A stretch of DNA of 32,000 nucleotides from Candidatus Heimdallarchaeota archaeon B3_Heim. Lineage in GTDB: Archaea > Asgardarchaeota > Heimdallarchaeia > Hodarchaeales > Hodarchaeaceae. Positions 18,028 to 28,304 of this stretch are shown piece by piece. Made by a program: the position numbers and the translations under genes. The first letter of the stretch is position 1; each line of letters starts with the position of its first letter. The stretch covers positions 1 through 32,000 of the forward strand of contig NJBF01000032.1 of assembly GCA_003144275.1 (NCBI GenBank), read 5' to 3'. Below the pieces are notes generated by a model, which was not told the DNA's origin, made no database searches, and saw only the letters and a program-made list of their open reading frames with translations.

Positions 18028-19872
18028 TTATTCAGAGTCCTCTTTTCTCCTAGCGATTAGATTCTGGAATAAATCTGAAAGTTGGGGGTGGTAATACCAA
18101 AATAAATTCCATAAGCTATGAAGAGTCAATATGCAAAAAGCGATTATGAACCATAATTCACTTGCTGGGAGAATTTTCTCAAAAATCATTTGATTATTTT
18201 CCTCCCACAGTTGAATATAGGTTGCAGATAGAATATATGCTAATTCAGTAAAATATACTAAAACAAATAAGAAGTTTCCAATGGCGAAAACTGAATATGC
18301 TTGTACAAATTCATAATCATTTGTTTCTCTTGGTATTCCCTGCTGTTTGCTTAATTTAAATATAACCTCATAGCAAAATTCTCCCAGGAAAAGAAGAATT
18401 CTAAATACAACAACCATAGTAATGATTGCAATAATTAACCCAATGAGTGATCCTCCTACTTCTGGAAATCTTTCAATTAAGTACCTTAGGATTGGAGTAT
18501 TTAACGCTCCATCATTAAATTTCCCCAAAGCTTCTTCAAAAAGAGGATTTATATTGAAATCAAATATTAAAACTGCATATAATGCTCCAAGGGTTGTACT
18601 GAAAAAAGACCATATACCTGTTACTATCATACCTCCCTGAGTTAAAGAGGAATTTTTCATAGAATCAAGTATTATCCCAAATCCTATACCGATTAATAGC
18701 AGAATTGGAACAATGTAGCGAGGACCGAATGCAGCACCTCCATGAGCTTCATATTTTTTCCCGTAGAAAATAATGAAGGATAATATAAGTGAGAATATGA
18801 CCATTATCTCAACAGGATAACGTCTATAAGCAAGAAATAAACCGGCAAATCCAAATAACACAATTGGACTGAAATATATTAATCCTCGACTGTCATTTAG
18901 CAGCAATACTACAATTCCTTCATGAATCGGTTCTAAAAGATGCAATGTGGCAGCCCAAATAGGTGAAAACGATAAGACATTCGCTAAAATGCTTCCAAAG
19001 TTTGTATAATTGTAGTAAAAGAGAGGAAAAGCGGATAAAGTAGTTGCTGTTCCATAAATAAAAACAGATTTGAAGCGTTCTTTCCAAGAAAAATTATTCC
19101 GGCTAATAGGCAATAGAATCAACATGGTTAACCAAGGGATTGCAAAAAGAGAGGGAAATTCAATGACAAAACCAAATCCACTAAAAAATCCTGCAGCAAT
19201 CAAATGATAATTGTTTTTACTTTCCCTATATTTCAAAACATGATAAACACTACTAATTAAGAAAACTGCTGCAGGGACGTGGCCAAACATAGTTCTTGCA
19301 TATACCCAATATGGTGTTGTAAAGGCTGTAAGTAGTGCACCTAAAGTACTACTACGTTCCGAGACTCCCATCATCCTACTAACATCGTACAATCGAAGTA
19401 TACCGAAAGCAGCTAATAAACATAGGCCTATTTGAATACCTACAACTGCCAAAATATCATTATTTGGTAAATAGCCAATATAAGGAGAAACAATTGAATC
19501 TAAAGTTGGCCATAAATCCATCAAAAAACCTCCAAGATTTTTACCAAGGATGAAGAGTGGAATCGAAAGGAAAGCTACACCTGGTGCTTTATCACTATAT
19601 AACTTATCATCGATAAGTGCATAGTCGGGAGAAAGCCAATATTGGCTTCCTTCCTCAATGTATTCTACAGGAAACCAGAATCTTCCTTCTTCAACAATTG
19701 ACTTGGTTACTAAGAAGCGAGAGGTAGCATTGGGCCCTTGGAGTGTAAGAGGAATAGTGATCATATAGATAATAAAGACAAATAATAGTAATTTCCCCCG
19801 TAAAGAAAATACTTTTGTGAATTTTTTCCAAGTAATATACGATTTAAATGATTGAAAAGTCATTTTACTCAT
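18028..19872 (-). CDS. Polytopic GT-C-fold membrane glycosyltransferase (ArnT/PMT-like)
   Basis: More than 10 TM segments, first-loop YSDKAPGVAFLSIPLF, YARTMFGH, and late FGPRYIVP. It sits in a glycosylation cluster. Confidence 0.7.
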   Translation of the reverse strand: MSKMTFQSFKSYITWKKFTKVFSLRGKLLLFVFIIYMITIPLTLQGPNATSRFLVTKSIVEEGRFWFPVEYIEEGSQYWLSPDYALIDDKLYSDKAPGVAFLSIPLFILGKNLGGFLMDLWPTLDSIVSPYIGYLPNNDILAVVGIQIGLCLLAAFGILRLYDVSRMMGVSERSSTLGALLTAFTTPYWVYARTMFGHVPAAVFLISSVYHVLKYRESKNNYHLIAAGFFSGFGFVIEFPSLFAIPWLTMLILLPISRNNFSWKERFKSVFIYGTATTLSAFPLFYYNYTNFGSILANVLSFSPIWAATLHLLEPIHEGIVVLLLNDSRGLIYFSPIVLFGFAGLFLAYRRYPVEIMVIFSLILSFIIFYGKKYEAHGGAAFGPRYIVPILLLIGIGFGIILDSMKNSSLTQGGMIVTGIWSFFSTTLGALYAVLIFDFNINPLFEEALGKFNDGALNTPILRYLIERFPEVGGSLIGLIIAIITMVVVFRILLFLGEFCYEVIFKLSKQQGIPRETNDYEFVQAYSVFAIGNFLFVLVYFTELAYILSATYIQLWEENNQMIFEKILPASELWFIIAFCILTLHSLWNLFWYYHPQLSDLFQNLIARRKEDSE

Positions 19873-20024
19873 TTTAATATTTTGATTTTGACTTATTGAG
19901 ACTAGAATTATGTGAATTCCTTGAAAAGGCTTAAAGTCTGTATCTTTATGGAGGGGGAACTGGTTTAACGATGATAGAATTACTAAATAAAAAATTAACT
20001 TAATCGGCTAGAAATACAGTGAAA

Positions 20025-20462
20025 TTATGTTGAATTACCGTTTTTTCTAAATACCCAGATTTTACTAAGTGTAAAGTCGATGATTGTACTAACACCCACA
20101 GAAAGCACAGCAGAAAGAAAGTACCAAATTTTGAAGATTTCAGTTAAGAGGATCGTAGATATTGTATAACCTAAGGCTCCTAATATCATGGAAACAACGT
20201 ATTCTGAATACTGAGCTAGAAATGGTTTATCTGTGGATTTAAACGTAAACTTTCTATTCAAAAGAAAATTATTTGTAATCCCCAAGAAGTAGCCAATCGG
20301 TAGTGCGATCCAATATGGAAAATACCCAATTTCAGTAAGACAATACAAAATAGTAAGCGATAGAACAGTACCAGTAGCGCCCACGATTGCAAATTTAAAA
20401 AATTGGGTTAGAGTTTGAAATTCTTCGCTTTTCAGTGCATTCAATCTTAGACACCCTTCCAT
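20025..20462 (-). CDS. GtrA-family lipid-linked sugar translocase
   Basis: QFFKFAIVGATGT, NNFLLNRKFTF and FTLSKIWVF across 4 TM segments. Confidence 0.9.
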   Translation of the reverse strand: MEGCLRLNALKSEEFQTLTQFFKFAIVGATGTVLSLTILYCLTEIGYFPYWIALPIGYFLGITNNFLLNRKFTFKSTDKPFLAQYSEYVVSMILGALGYTISTILLTEIFKIWYFLSAVLSVGVSTIIDFTLSKIWVFRKNGNST

Positions 20463-20478
20463 TCGAGATGTATTAATT

Positions 20479-21624
20479 CTAACGGAATTGATTTGTGATT
20501 TCTAAAGAAGATAACCACTTCATATTTCTTTCTTGGGCAATGGATATGTATTGTTCGATTTGTTTTAAACTAAACTCATAAATATCCACTGATTGATCAT
20601 AATGACACCGATACCAGCTTATGGTCATTTTAATGGTTTCTTCTAAAGTTAAGAGTCCATGCCAATGGAGTTGGTGGTGAGCTTTCGAACAATCAAGTTT
20701 CAAATAATGTGCTTCCTCTGGCTGTAAATCTGCATCTTTAGCTGGTTTCCAAGATCCTTCGCCCCAATTCTGGATCAATAAGTCTACTAAATCGTTAACA
20801 GCAATATCTTGACCTTTATTTGGACAAAAATTCCATGCAGAGGTATATTTCTCAGTATTATCCCGTAATAAAAGTCCTAACCATAAATATCCAGCGATTG
20901 GTTCAAGAACATGTTGCCAAGGGCGTATAGCATGAGGATTGCGAATTTCTATTGCCATTTGTTCAGTTAATGCCCTAATACAGTCTGGAATAATTCGATC
21001 TTTTGCCCAGTCACCTCCTCCGACAACATTTCCTGCTCTTGCTGAAGCTATTGCTACTTTATTCTTTGAGAGGGCCTGTTGCGAAAAAAATGATTTTCTG
21101 TAGGCGTTTGTGACAATTTCAGAACAGGCTTTACTAGAACTGTAAGGATCGTTCCCACCTAAAGGATCATTTTCCCGATATCCCCAAATCCATTCTTTAT
21201 TCTCATAACATTTGTCACTTGTAATGTTAAGCATCGTTTTTACGGAGGGAGTTCGGCGTACAACCTCAAACAGGTTAACCAAACCCATGATATTGGTTTC
21301 GTATGTGTACTTAGGATCTTTGTATGATTCTCGCACAATCGGTTGAGAAGCGAGATGAAAAACGTATTCAGGATTGAATTTTTTGAAAACTTCTTCTAGA
21401 TGTTCCTCATCACGAATATCCCCAATGACGTGGTTCACTTTATTGCTTAGCTTAGCAGCCTCAAAAATACTTGGTGTTGTATTGGGTTCTAAGGAATAAC
21501 CTGTAACATCTGCTCCAAGTGCTTTGAGCCACATGACTAACCAGGATCCTTTGAAACCCGTATGTCCAGTTACAAGAACATTTTTTCCTTGATAATCTAA
21601 GTTTTTTCTGTCTACTGTTGACAA
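20479..21624 (-). CDS. rfbG: CDP-glucose 4,6-dehydratase
   Basis: VLVTGHTGFKGSWL, FHLASQPIVRESY, ITSDKCYEN, DPYSSSKAC, RAGNVVGGGDW and RPWQHVLEP. Confidence 0.95.
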   Translation of the reverse strand: MSTVDRKNLDYQGKNVLVTGHTGFKGSWLVMWLKALGADVTGYSLEPNTTPSIFEAAKLSNKVNHVIGDIRDEEHLEEVFKKFNPEYVFHLASQPIVRESYKDPKYTYETNIMGLVNLFEVVRRTPSVKTMLNITSDKCYENKEWIWGYRENDPLGGNDPYSSSKACSEIVTNAYRKSFFSQQALSKNKVAIASARAGNVVGGGDWAKDRIIPDCIRALTEQMAIEIRNPHAIRPWQHVLEPIAGYLWLGLLLRDNTEKYTSAWNFCPNKGQDIAVNDLVDLLIQNWGEGSWKPAKDADLQPEEAHYLKLDCSKAHHQLHWHGLLTLEETIKMTISWYRCHYDQSVDIYEFSLKQIEQYISIAQERNMKWLSSLEITNQFR

Positions 21625-21667
21625 GTAATCACTTCTTTTTAGGGGTCTAACCGTTTCTTATGTCAGG

Positions 21668-22489
21668 TTATCGAAACTTTTCACCAGGCCAAGGAATATT
21701 ACCTGTTATTTTACCATCTTCCCAGATATGGTTTAATAACTGATATTCTCTATAAGTATCCATGGGTTGCCAAAATCCATTATGGGGAAACATCATAAGT
21801 TCTCCGTCTTTCGCTAATTCACGTAATGGTCCCATTTCGAAATTTAAATCTTCACCTTCAGGTAGATAATCCCATATTCTTTTCGAATCAAATACAAAGA
21901 ACCCACCATTAATTCTTCCACCTGTTGTTTGCGGTTTTTCATTAAACTCCGATATTTGATTATTAGCGGTAACTTCGATTTCACCAAACCGACCACTTGG
22001 TCTAACGCCTGTCACAGTCCCAATTTTTTTGTGAATCTTGTGAAAGCGGACTAAATCGTCGATATTGACATCAGACAGACCATCTCCATAGGTTAACATG
22101 AAAATATCATCCTTTTCAACGAATTTCCTGATTTTCCGTACTCTTGCACCTGTTTGTGCATTTTCTCCAGTTTCTACTAATGTCGTTTGCCAGTCGATTT
22201 CGTGATTACTGTCGTTATAATACTTGATATTATTAGGTTTATCGATTTGGATTGTAAAATTGTTCGCCATTGCTTTAAAATTTAGAAAATAACTCTTAAT
22301 CTGCCATCCCAAATATCCTAAACACAATATAAATTCCTTGTAATTGTAGTAAGCATAGTGATTCATGATATGCCATAATATAGGGAATTTACCAATTTGT
22401 ACCAGTGGTTTGGGAATCGCATTGTCAGTTACTTCACGAATTCTTGTTCCTCTACCGCCACAGAAAATAACTGTTTTCATAAATAACAC
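21668..22489 (-). CDS. rfbF: Glucose-1-phosphate cytidylyltransferase
   Basis: IFCGGRGTRI, PKPLVQIG, LWHIM, TGGR/TGAR, LTYGDGLSD, INGGFF and FWQPMDT. Confidence 0.93.
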   Translation of the reverse strand: MLFMKTVIFCGGRGTRIREVTDNAIPKPLVQIGKFPILWHIMNHYAYYNYKEFILCLGYLGWQIKSYFLNFKAMANNFTIQIDKPNNIKYYNDSNHEIDWQTTLVETGENAQTGARVRKIRKFVEKDDIFMLTYGDGLSDVNIDDLVRFHKIHKKIGTVTGVRPSGRFGEIEVTANNQISEFNEKPQTTGGRINGGFFVFDSKRIWDYLPEGEDLNFEMGPLRELAKDGELMMFPHNGFWQPMDTYREYQLLNHIWEDGKITGNIPWPGEKFR

Positions 22490-22747
22490 ATTCTTTCGTG
22501 AAACTTTACCTTATACTTTGATAACTAAGTTTATTTCATTTTTACATGTTAAAGGTAGAATTTTTAATATCTCCTTTCAAAAACCAGTCTTCATAAAGCA
22601 CGATAATTCTTTAGTAAACTTGAAGAATTGGAATATAATACTTTACAAAACGGAATTTACTTCTAGTAAGGTAATCACAAGTAGATTTTTGATAGAGAAA
22701 TGAAATAATTGAATTTTTTCTCACAAAACAGAAATAAGGTTGGTTAA

Positions 22748-23728
22748 ATGAAAAAGATCGATTTAGAAGCAATTTCAAAGAAAAAAATCTTGATTACTGG
22801 AGGAATTGGATTTGTCGGGACGAATCTGGTAATTAAATTACTTTCAAACAGAATTAAACCGGCGATACTAGATTTTCTATCTAATGGGAACGAATTTGAT
22901 CAGAATTTTATTCCATTCAAAAAGGATGAGGTTGAATTTTATAATAAGGATATTAGAAATCGTGAGGAAATTCTTCATGCAGTCGAACAGGTGAATCCTG
23001 ACTATATTATCCATTTAGCATCAATGACTAACCTAACAAGAGATTTTCACCATGCTCATCAATCTGTTGACATTAATATTAGGGGTACATTGAATCTCTT
23101 GGAGGCTACAAATTCACAGAAAATCGATAAATTTGTTTTCTTAAGTTCCAGTGATGTTTATGGTGGTGTAGCTCCTCCTTTCCAAGAGACTCAGAATGTT
23201 GTTCCAGCATCACCGTATTCTGTGTCAAAAGTTGCATCTGAATTATATTCTCTTATGTTTAGTAAAGTCTATGATCTTCCCGTTGTCGTTCTTAGAGGAT
23301 TTAATGTATTTGGAAAATATCAACAACCAAATAGAGTCATCCCGTATATAATAACTGAACTATTAAATGGTAGAGAGGTTAAGTTGACTGAAGGAGAGCA
23401 AAAGCGAGAATTTAATTATATCGATAACTTAATTGATGCTATTTTGCTTGCACTAGCTAATTCTGAAATTCATGGGGAAATTATCAATATTGGATATGGA
23501 GAATCTGTAAAAGTTCGTGATATTGCTCTCAAAATAGGCGGAAAGCTTGAATCAATAGATAAACTTAAATTTGGTGCCATATCCTATAGACCAAATGAAA
23601 TCTGGGACATGTACTGTGATAATAACAAAGCTAAACGCTTATTAGGATGGGAACCACGAATAAGCTTGGAAAAAGGCCTAAATAGCACTATTGATTGGTT
23701 TAAGTCACAGTATTCCGGAAAAAGATGA
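22748..23728 (+). CDS. NAD-dependent epimerase/dehydratase (extended SDR), likely NDP-sugar reductase or epimerase
   Basis: GGIGFVG, HLAS, SSSDVYG, catalytic YSVSK, LRGFNVFG and REFNYID. Confidence 0.9.
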   Translation: MKKIDLEAISKKKILITGGIGFVGTNLVIKLLSNRIKPAILDFLSNGNEFDQNFIPFKKDEVEFYNKDIRNREEILHAVEQVNPDYIIHLASMTNLTRDFHHAHQSVDINIRGTLNLLEATNSQKIDKFVFLSSSDVYGGVAPPFQETQNVVPASPYSVSKVASELYSLMFSKVYDLPVVVLRGFNVFGKYQQPNRVIPYIITELLNGREVKLTEGEQKREFNYIDNLIDAILLALANSEIHGEIINIGYGESVKVRDIALKIGGKLESIDKLKFGAISYRPNEIWDMYCDNNKAKRLLGWEPRISLEKGLNSTIDWFKSQYSGKR

Positions 23729-23882
23729 GTATTTTAATTGTCAACGTATTAAGGGAAAATGCTTTATAAGATACTCATTGGCTGTTCTAATCAGTCTAAA
23801 CAATTCCTTCTATCAATCTTAGCTATAACGATGCAACTTTATCCTTTTAACGTTGTTAGGAAATTAAATGCAATCTTAGGCG

Positions 23883-24641
23883 GTGGAAACCAAGATGACA
23901 CACAAAAAGAAGCTTGCTGTAAAGTTGATTGTCACATGTTTAAATGAAGAAGGAAATGTTCAGGAATTCATACATGAATTGATGGAAAACATATCAACTG
24001 AAGTTGAACTCGCAATATTACTGATTGATAATGGATCCTTAGACAATACTGGAGCAATAATTTCTTCCTTAGCTCAGAAATACTCATCGATCACTCCAAT
24101 TCATCGTAAAAATACTTTCGAATATGGAAAATCCATATTAGAAGCTCTTAAGATCCCTACTGATTTTGTTCCCGATTATATTGGTTGGGCTCCATCTGAT
24201 AACCAAATCAGTGGAAAAGATGTGAATAAAACAATTAACACACTCATTTCAAGTTCATTGGACTTCATCAAAGTTGAAAGATATGAGAGAAATTATTCCA
24301 TGTGGCGTAGAATTCAATCTTTCGGATTCAACGCTATAGTATCACTCCTATTTCTTAAAAGGATAAAGGACATAAATGGGTCTCCAAAATTCTTCCATGT
24401 TGACCTCCTACCGAAACTTGATTTACAGAACGAAGGTTGGTTTCTTGATGGGGAGGCATTTCTAAAAGCTCTCAAATTAGTGAGTAAAAGAAAAATGTCT
24501 TCAATTTCTGTAAAATTTAATGAAAGGACACATGGAAGATCAAATACAAGTTGGATTACAGCATTTGAACTTTTAGTGAAGGTAGTAGTCTTTCGTTTTT
24601 GGGGGATAAGAAAATGGGCCAAAAAAAGTAAATCAAACTGA
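23883..24641 (+). CDS. GT2 family glycosyltransferase (polyprenol-phosphate sugar synthase-like)
   Basis: TCLNEEGN, LIDNGSLDNT, YG, PSDNQ (DxD-like), DINGSPKF, GWFLDGE and GRS. Confidence 0.85.
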   Translation: METKMTHKKKLAVKLIVTCLNEEGNVQEFIHELMENISTEVELAILLIDNGSLDNTGAIISSLAQKYSSITPIHRKNTFEYGKSILEALKIPTDFVPDYIGWAPSDNQISGKDVNKTINTLISSSLDFIKVERYERNYSMWRRIQSFGFNAIVSLLFLKRIKDINGSPKFFHVDLLPKLDLQNEGWFLDGEAFLKALKLVSKRKMSSISVKFNERTHGRSNTSWITAFELLVKVVVFRFWGIRKWAKKSKSN

Positions 24642-24717
24642 AAAACCGGATCTCATAGAAAGTAGATTACCAAATCCAATCCAATTCATTCGGAGGATTT
24701 GACGATAATGTTTATCT

Positions 24718-26079
24718 TCAAATGAGCCACAAAGACCAATGGGTGAATGACCATAACACCTTAAAGCTATAAAGAAGGAAGAAGCTGAGGATAAGCAAAA
24801 AGATTTTAGGAGAATTGGATAATTCATCTGTTAAGACAACGTGAGGATGAAAAACCGATCCGATATACCGCACAATTGACCAACCTGCTGCTGAATAACT
24901 TGCATATAGAATAACTTGCCCAATTATTGATAATGAAAGGCTGGGCCACTTTCTAAGAGGAAAAAAACCAATGATTGCTATTAAAAATACAAACGAGTAT
25001 TTTTCTAATGTCCATCGAATATCTCCCCCGCCAAGCATCTCGAAAAACCCTGAAAAAAATCCATCAAAATCGGCTCCCCAAAACATCTTTCGTAAATCTC
25101 CTAGAGGAAGAGGAGCAGTTGCATCTATATGAAGAAGCCATAACAATGGGAAGATTCCCCAAATTAAAACCCAACTCAGTTCTGTATTCAAAAAATCAAG
25201 AATTTGATGTGGTTCCTCAGGGCTTTTAATTTTTTCTGCGTAAGTGAGGGAAAGTTGTTTTCTAAATGAAAGTACTCGTTTTCGGATAATAATAGTAGTT
25301 TTAATCAAGATAATGACTGGGAAAAATGGAATAGCGAGCAAAGAACCAGCAAATAGTCTTTCATCCCTTTCTCTAATGCATCGTCCGAGATAAATTGCTG
25401 CATAAAGAAAGAAGAAAAGTGCTCCTTCGTATCGAGCAAAAGTAGAAATTGCTAAAAAGAGACCTGCAAGTGGATAACGTTGTTTTTCAAAGAAATACCA
25501 TGATAAAATGACAAAAGTTAAGTAAATCGGTTCAGAATAGGCTACTGTAGAAAATACGAACACAGGTGGAAAAAAAGCAAAGAACAGAGTTGCATAAATA
25601 GATTTTATCTCATCTAAATAATGTCTAGCCATCAAATAAAAGGCCATTACTGAAGTTACCGAGAAAATATTTGTGATAATGACAGCTGAGACAGTATAAT
25701 GAAGCTCAATCGGAGATATTTGTACAAGTATATTAATTAAGAAAGGATATAGTGGAGGAAATACCCAAGCACGGTAATCGGTGGAAGAATTTATAGGGGC
25801 ATAACCATTTTCCGCCATAGGAATATAGATATTACTATCCCAGCGAGTTCCAAGTAAATCAAAGAATTCTATCCCAGAATGAAATCTTGGGTAATTATTG
25901 TCCCAAACTGTTTCTCCAAGGAGGTTAAAAAGCTCTATAAATATAAAAAGCATAGTAAATTTAATACAAATGAATAAAATCATTGTAGTCAGAAAAGAAT
26001 GCTCTCTAATCCAATTTTTGAACTCCTGTTCTTTCGCTTTGAACGTATCTATCCAAATGCTTATTTCGAACCCCATCAT
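24718..26079 (-). CDS. GT-C membrane mannosyltransferase-like protein (PIG-V/Gpi18-like family)
   Basis: RWDSNIYIPMAENGY, WVFPPLYP, VAYSEPIYL and FARYEG across multiple TM segments. Confidence 0.8.
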   Translation of the reverse strand: MMGFEISIWIDTFKAKEQEFKNWIREHSFLTTMILFICIKFTMLFIFIELFNLLGETVWDNNYPRFHSGIEFFDLLGTRWDSNIYIPMAENGYAPINSSTDYRAWVFPPLYPFLINILVQISPIELHYTVSAVIITNIFSVTSVMAFYLMARHYLDEIKSIYATLFFAFFPPVFVFSTVAYSEPIYLTFVILSWYFFEKQRYPLAGLFLAISTFARYEGALFFFLYAAIYLGRCIRERDERLFAGSLLAIPFFPVIILIKTTIIIRKRVLSFRKQLSLTYAEKIKSPEEPHQILDFLNTELSWVLIWGIFPLLWLLHIDATAPLPLGDLRKMFWGADFDGFFSGFFEMLGGGDIRWTLEKYSFVFLIAIIGFFPLRKWPSLSLSIIGQVILYASYSAAGWSIVRYIGSVFHPHVVLTDELSNSPKIFLLILSFFLLYSFKVLWSFTHWSLWLI

Positions 26080-26355
26080 TCAACGAAATCTTCGAAAGTT
26101 CAAACCAATATTTAGGAATTATCATTAACCGAGGGATTCTGCAAAGTTGAGGAATCATCGAGAAAAATCGTTTTAGAACTTCGAATTTGTGTACCCATTT
26201 AGCATTGTTTATGTAATGGATTAGCTTATATCATTCTGATTATTGCGTTTTATTGAATAAACAGTGTGAGTTCATAAATGAAACATCAAGAAGATTGTGA
26301 AAAGGGACGCAAAACAAGTAAATCTGAAAACTAAATAACTTAGGAGAGAAATAAC

Positions 26356-27573
26356 ATGGGTCAATTAAAACTACTAACAAAATCCATTGTCTTTAGCACA
26401 CGCTCCCGCAGACGATTCTTTACATTTGTAGCAGTATTTGCTATACTCAGTGGAGCAACAATCATACTTATCAATTATTTTGATGGTTTTTCACGACAAG
26501 AATTATTGGATCAAAGAGGGATCGTATTAAAAGCATCGGCGTTCGGTACACCTTCTCCATTGTCGTTATTTGAAGCTGAAAGCAATAGCCCAGTTGGAAT
26601 TGGAATAAATGATGGTCAGACTCTAGCGGGAGCCTCAAAAGTAATATTCTATAAGTATGTCGACTTTGGATCAACATTACGAATTTTCAGTATGAATCCA
26701 AGTTATCCATGGGCATTTTCAGATTTAAAACCAAGCAATCTTGCGAAAGGACATTTCCCTTATAGTACTCATCAAGTTTTAGTCTCTGAAGATATAACGA
26801 TGACTTTAGCTGATGCAGAGGGAGGAAATCAAATCTATACGAAACCAGGTTTGGGGACCTTATTTACGCTTGGAACTGCTATTACTGACCCGTTCGAATT
26901 AAAAATTTCAGGGATATTTAAAAAACCCGCAGTTGCAGAAGCTGATTCTCGTGAATGGATATTTTTAACTGAAAAAGCTTTTACGACTCTCATTGATGAG
27001 TCCCATCTAGATTTTACCGAAAATGAAATTTATATACATTCTATCACAGTTATTGCGGGAGGAGATGTTTTTCTCGGTGGAACTTATACAGAAGTAGATC
27101 GACTTGCTGCTGAATTAAGGCCTTTGAGCCAAGGAGGAAGTGCCAATTTCAATGAACCCCTATTTACACCAAAATCCGAGAAAAATGAATTGCGTAACAT
27201 GATGTTCTTATCATTAATATTTGGTCTCTTTGGAACGTTTGTGGTAAGTACATTGTATTCCTATTTAATCACCCGCTTCCGTAGAAGAGAAGTTGCAGTA
27301 CTGAAGGCAATGGGTTATTCAAAATGGAGCGTACGAATCGTCGTGCTAAGCGAAATACTCGTGGTGGCGATCACTGGCTTTGCTTTTGGATTATTAGGTA
27401 TTCAAGCATTTCTCTATCTTACAAGATCAAGTGCTTATGTTTTTAATATTGTTTTCAGTTCCACAGCCCTCTTATCATTTCTTGCAGTAGTCCTCTCAAG
27501 TGTCCCAGGCTTTATTCTTATAACTACACGAATTTTAGGTGTACGTCCAATTGAAATTTTCCGACAAAAGTGA
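26356..27573 (+). CDS. FtsX-like/MacB-LolE-type ABC permease
   Basis: One N-terminal TM, a large extracytoplasmic domain, then three C-terminal TMs with RRREVAVLKAMGYS. Confidence 0.9.
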   Translation: MGQLKLLTKSIVFSTRSRRRFFTFVAVFAILSGATIILINYFDGFSRQELLDQRGIVLKASAFGTPSPLSLFEAESNSPVGIGINDGQTLAGASKVIFYKYVDFGSTLRIFSMNPSYPWAFSDLKPSNLAKGHFPYSTHQVLVSEDITMTLADAEGGNQIYTKPGLGTLFTLGTAITDPFELKISGIFKKPAVAEADSREWIFLTEKAFTTLIDESHLDFTENEIYIHSITVIAGGDVFLGGTYTEVDRLAAELRPLSQGGSANFNEPLFTPKSEKNELRNMMFLSLIFGLFGTFVVSTLYSYLITRFRRREVAVLKAMGYSKWSVRIVVLSEILVVAITGFAFGLLGIQAFLYLTRSSAYVFNIVFSSTALLSFLAVVLSSVPGFILITTRILGVRPIEIFRQK

Positions 27574-27585
27574 TGAGGTATTAAA

Positions 27586-28263
27586 ATGAGTTCCAACACA
27601 TTAATCGAAGCCAAAAATCTAACAAAGGAATATATTAGAGGAAGGAAAGAGGTAGTTGTCGCGGTTAACGATGTCGATCTTGAAATACCTCGCGGAAAAT
27701 TAATCATGGTTACTGGACCCTCTGGATCCGGAAAATCCACACTGTTGAACGTGTTATCAGGTCTAGATAAACCTACCGAAGGAAAAATCATCTTTAGCGA
27801 TGAGGACATTTCAGGGTGGGAAGAAGAAAGGCTCTCGAAATTCCGACAAGAAAATATAGGTTTTATATTTCAAAATTGGGAATTGATACGGACACTGACA
27901 GCTTTAGAAAATATTGAAAGTCCCCTGTATCCCTTAAAGATCAAAAGTAAAGAAATCCGAACACGAGCAATCTCTCTGCTAAAACAAGTTGGCTTATGGG
28001 ATAAAGTCGATAATTATCCCGATGAACTTTCAGGGGGAGAACAACAGCGTATTGGAATCGCTAGAGCATTAGTCGGAAAACCAAAGATTATTTTTGCAGA
28101 TGAACCAACAGGAAATCTTGATGTAGATAATGCTGGGTCAGTTATGCGATTACTGAAAAGTTTTACAAAACGGGATACTGCAATTCTTGTAGTCTCCCAT
28201 AATGAGGAACTGAAAAAGTACTCAGACAAAGCTTTTCGAATGTCCAATGGACGGTTCATCTAA
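27586..28263 (+). CDS. ABC ATP-binding protein, LolD/MacB/FtsE type
   Basis: Walker A GPSGSGKS, GFIFQ, signature LSGGEQQR, Walker B IIFADEPTGNLD and H-loop VSHN. Confidence 0.95.
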   Translation: MSSNTLIEAKNLTKEYIRGRKEVVVAVNDVDLEIPRGKLIMVTGPSGSGKSTLLNVLSGLDKPTEGKIIFSDEDISGWEEERLSKFRQENIGFIFQNWELIRTLTALENIESPLYPLKIKSKEIRTRAISLLKQVGLWDKVDNYPDELSGGEQQRIGIARALVGKPKIIFADEPTGNLDVDNAGSVMRLLKSFTKRDTAILVVSHNEELKKYSDKAFRMSNGRFI

Positions 28264-28304
28264 TGAAGAATATACCCCCTATCTCAGGGGGTTATGTTAA
28301 TGAT

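Noticed and set aside
1423-26079. ino1 + GT2 + PIG-V-like GT-C as a GPI-anchor pathway
   Set aside because: The genes are more than 20 kb apart, PIG-V-like GT-Cs are widespread in prokaryotes, and no PIG-A/PIG-L/transamidase components are in the window.
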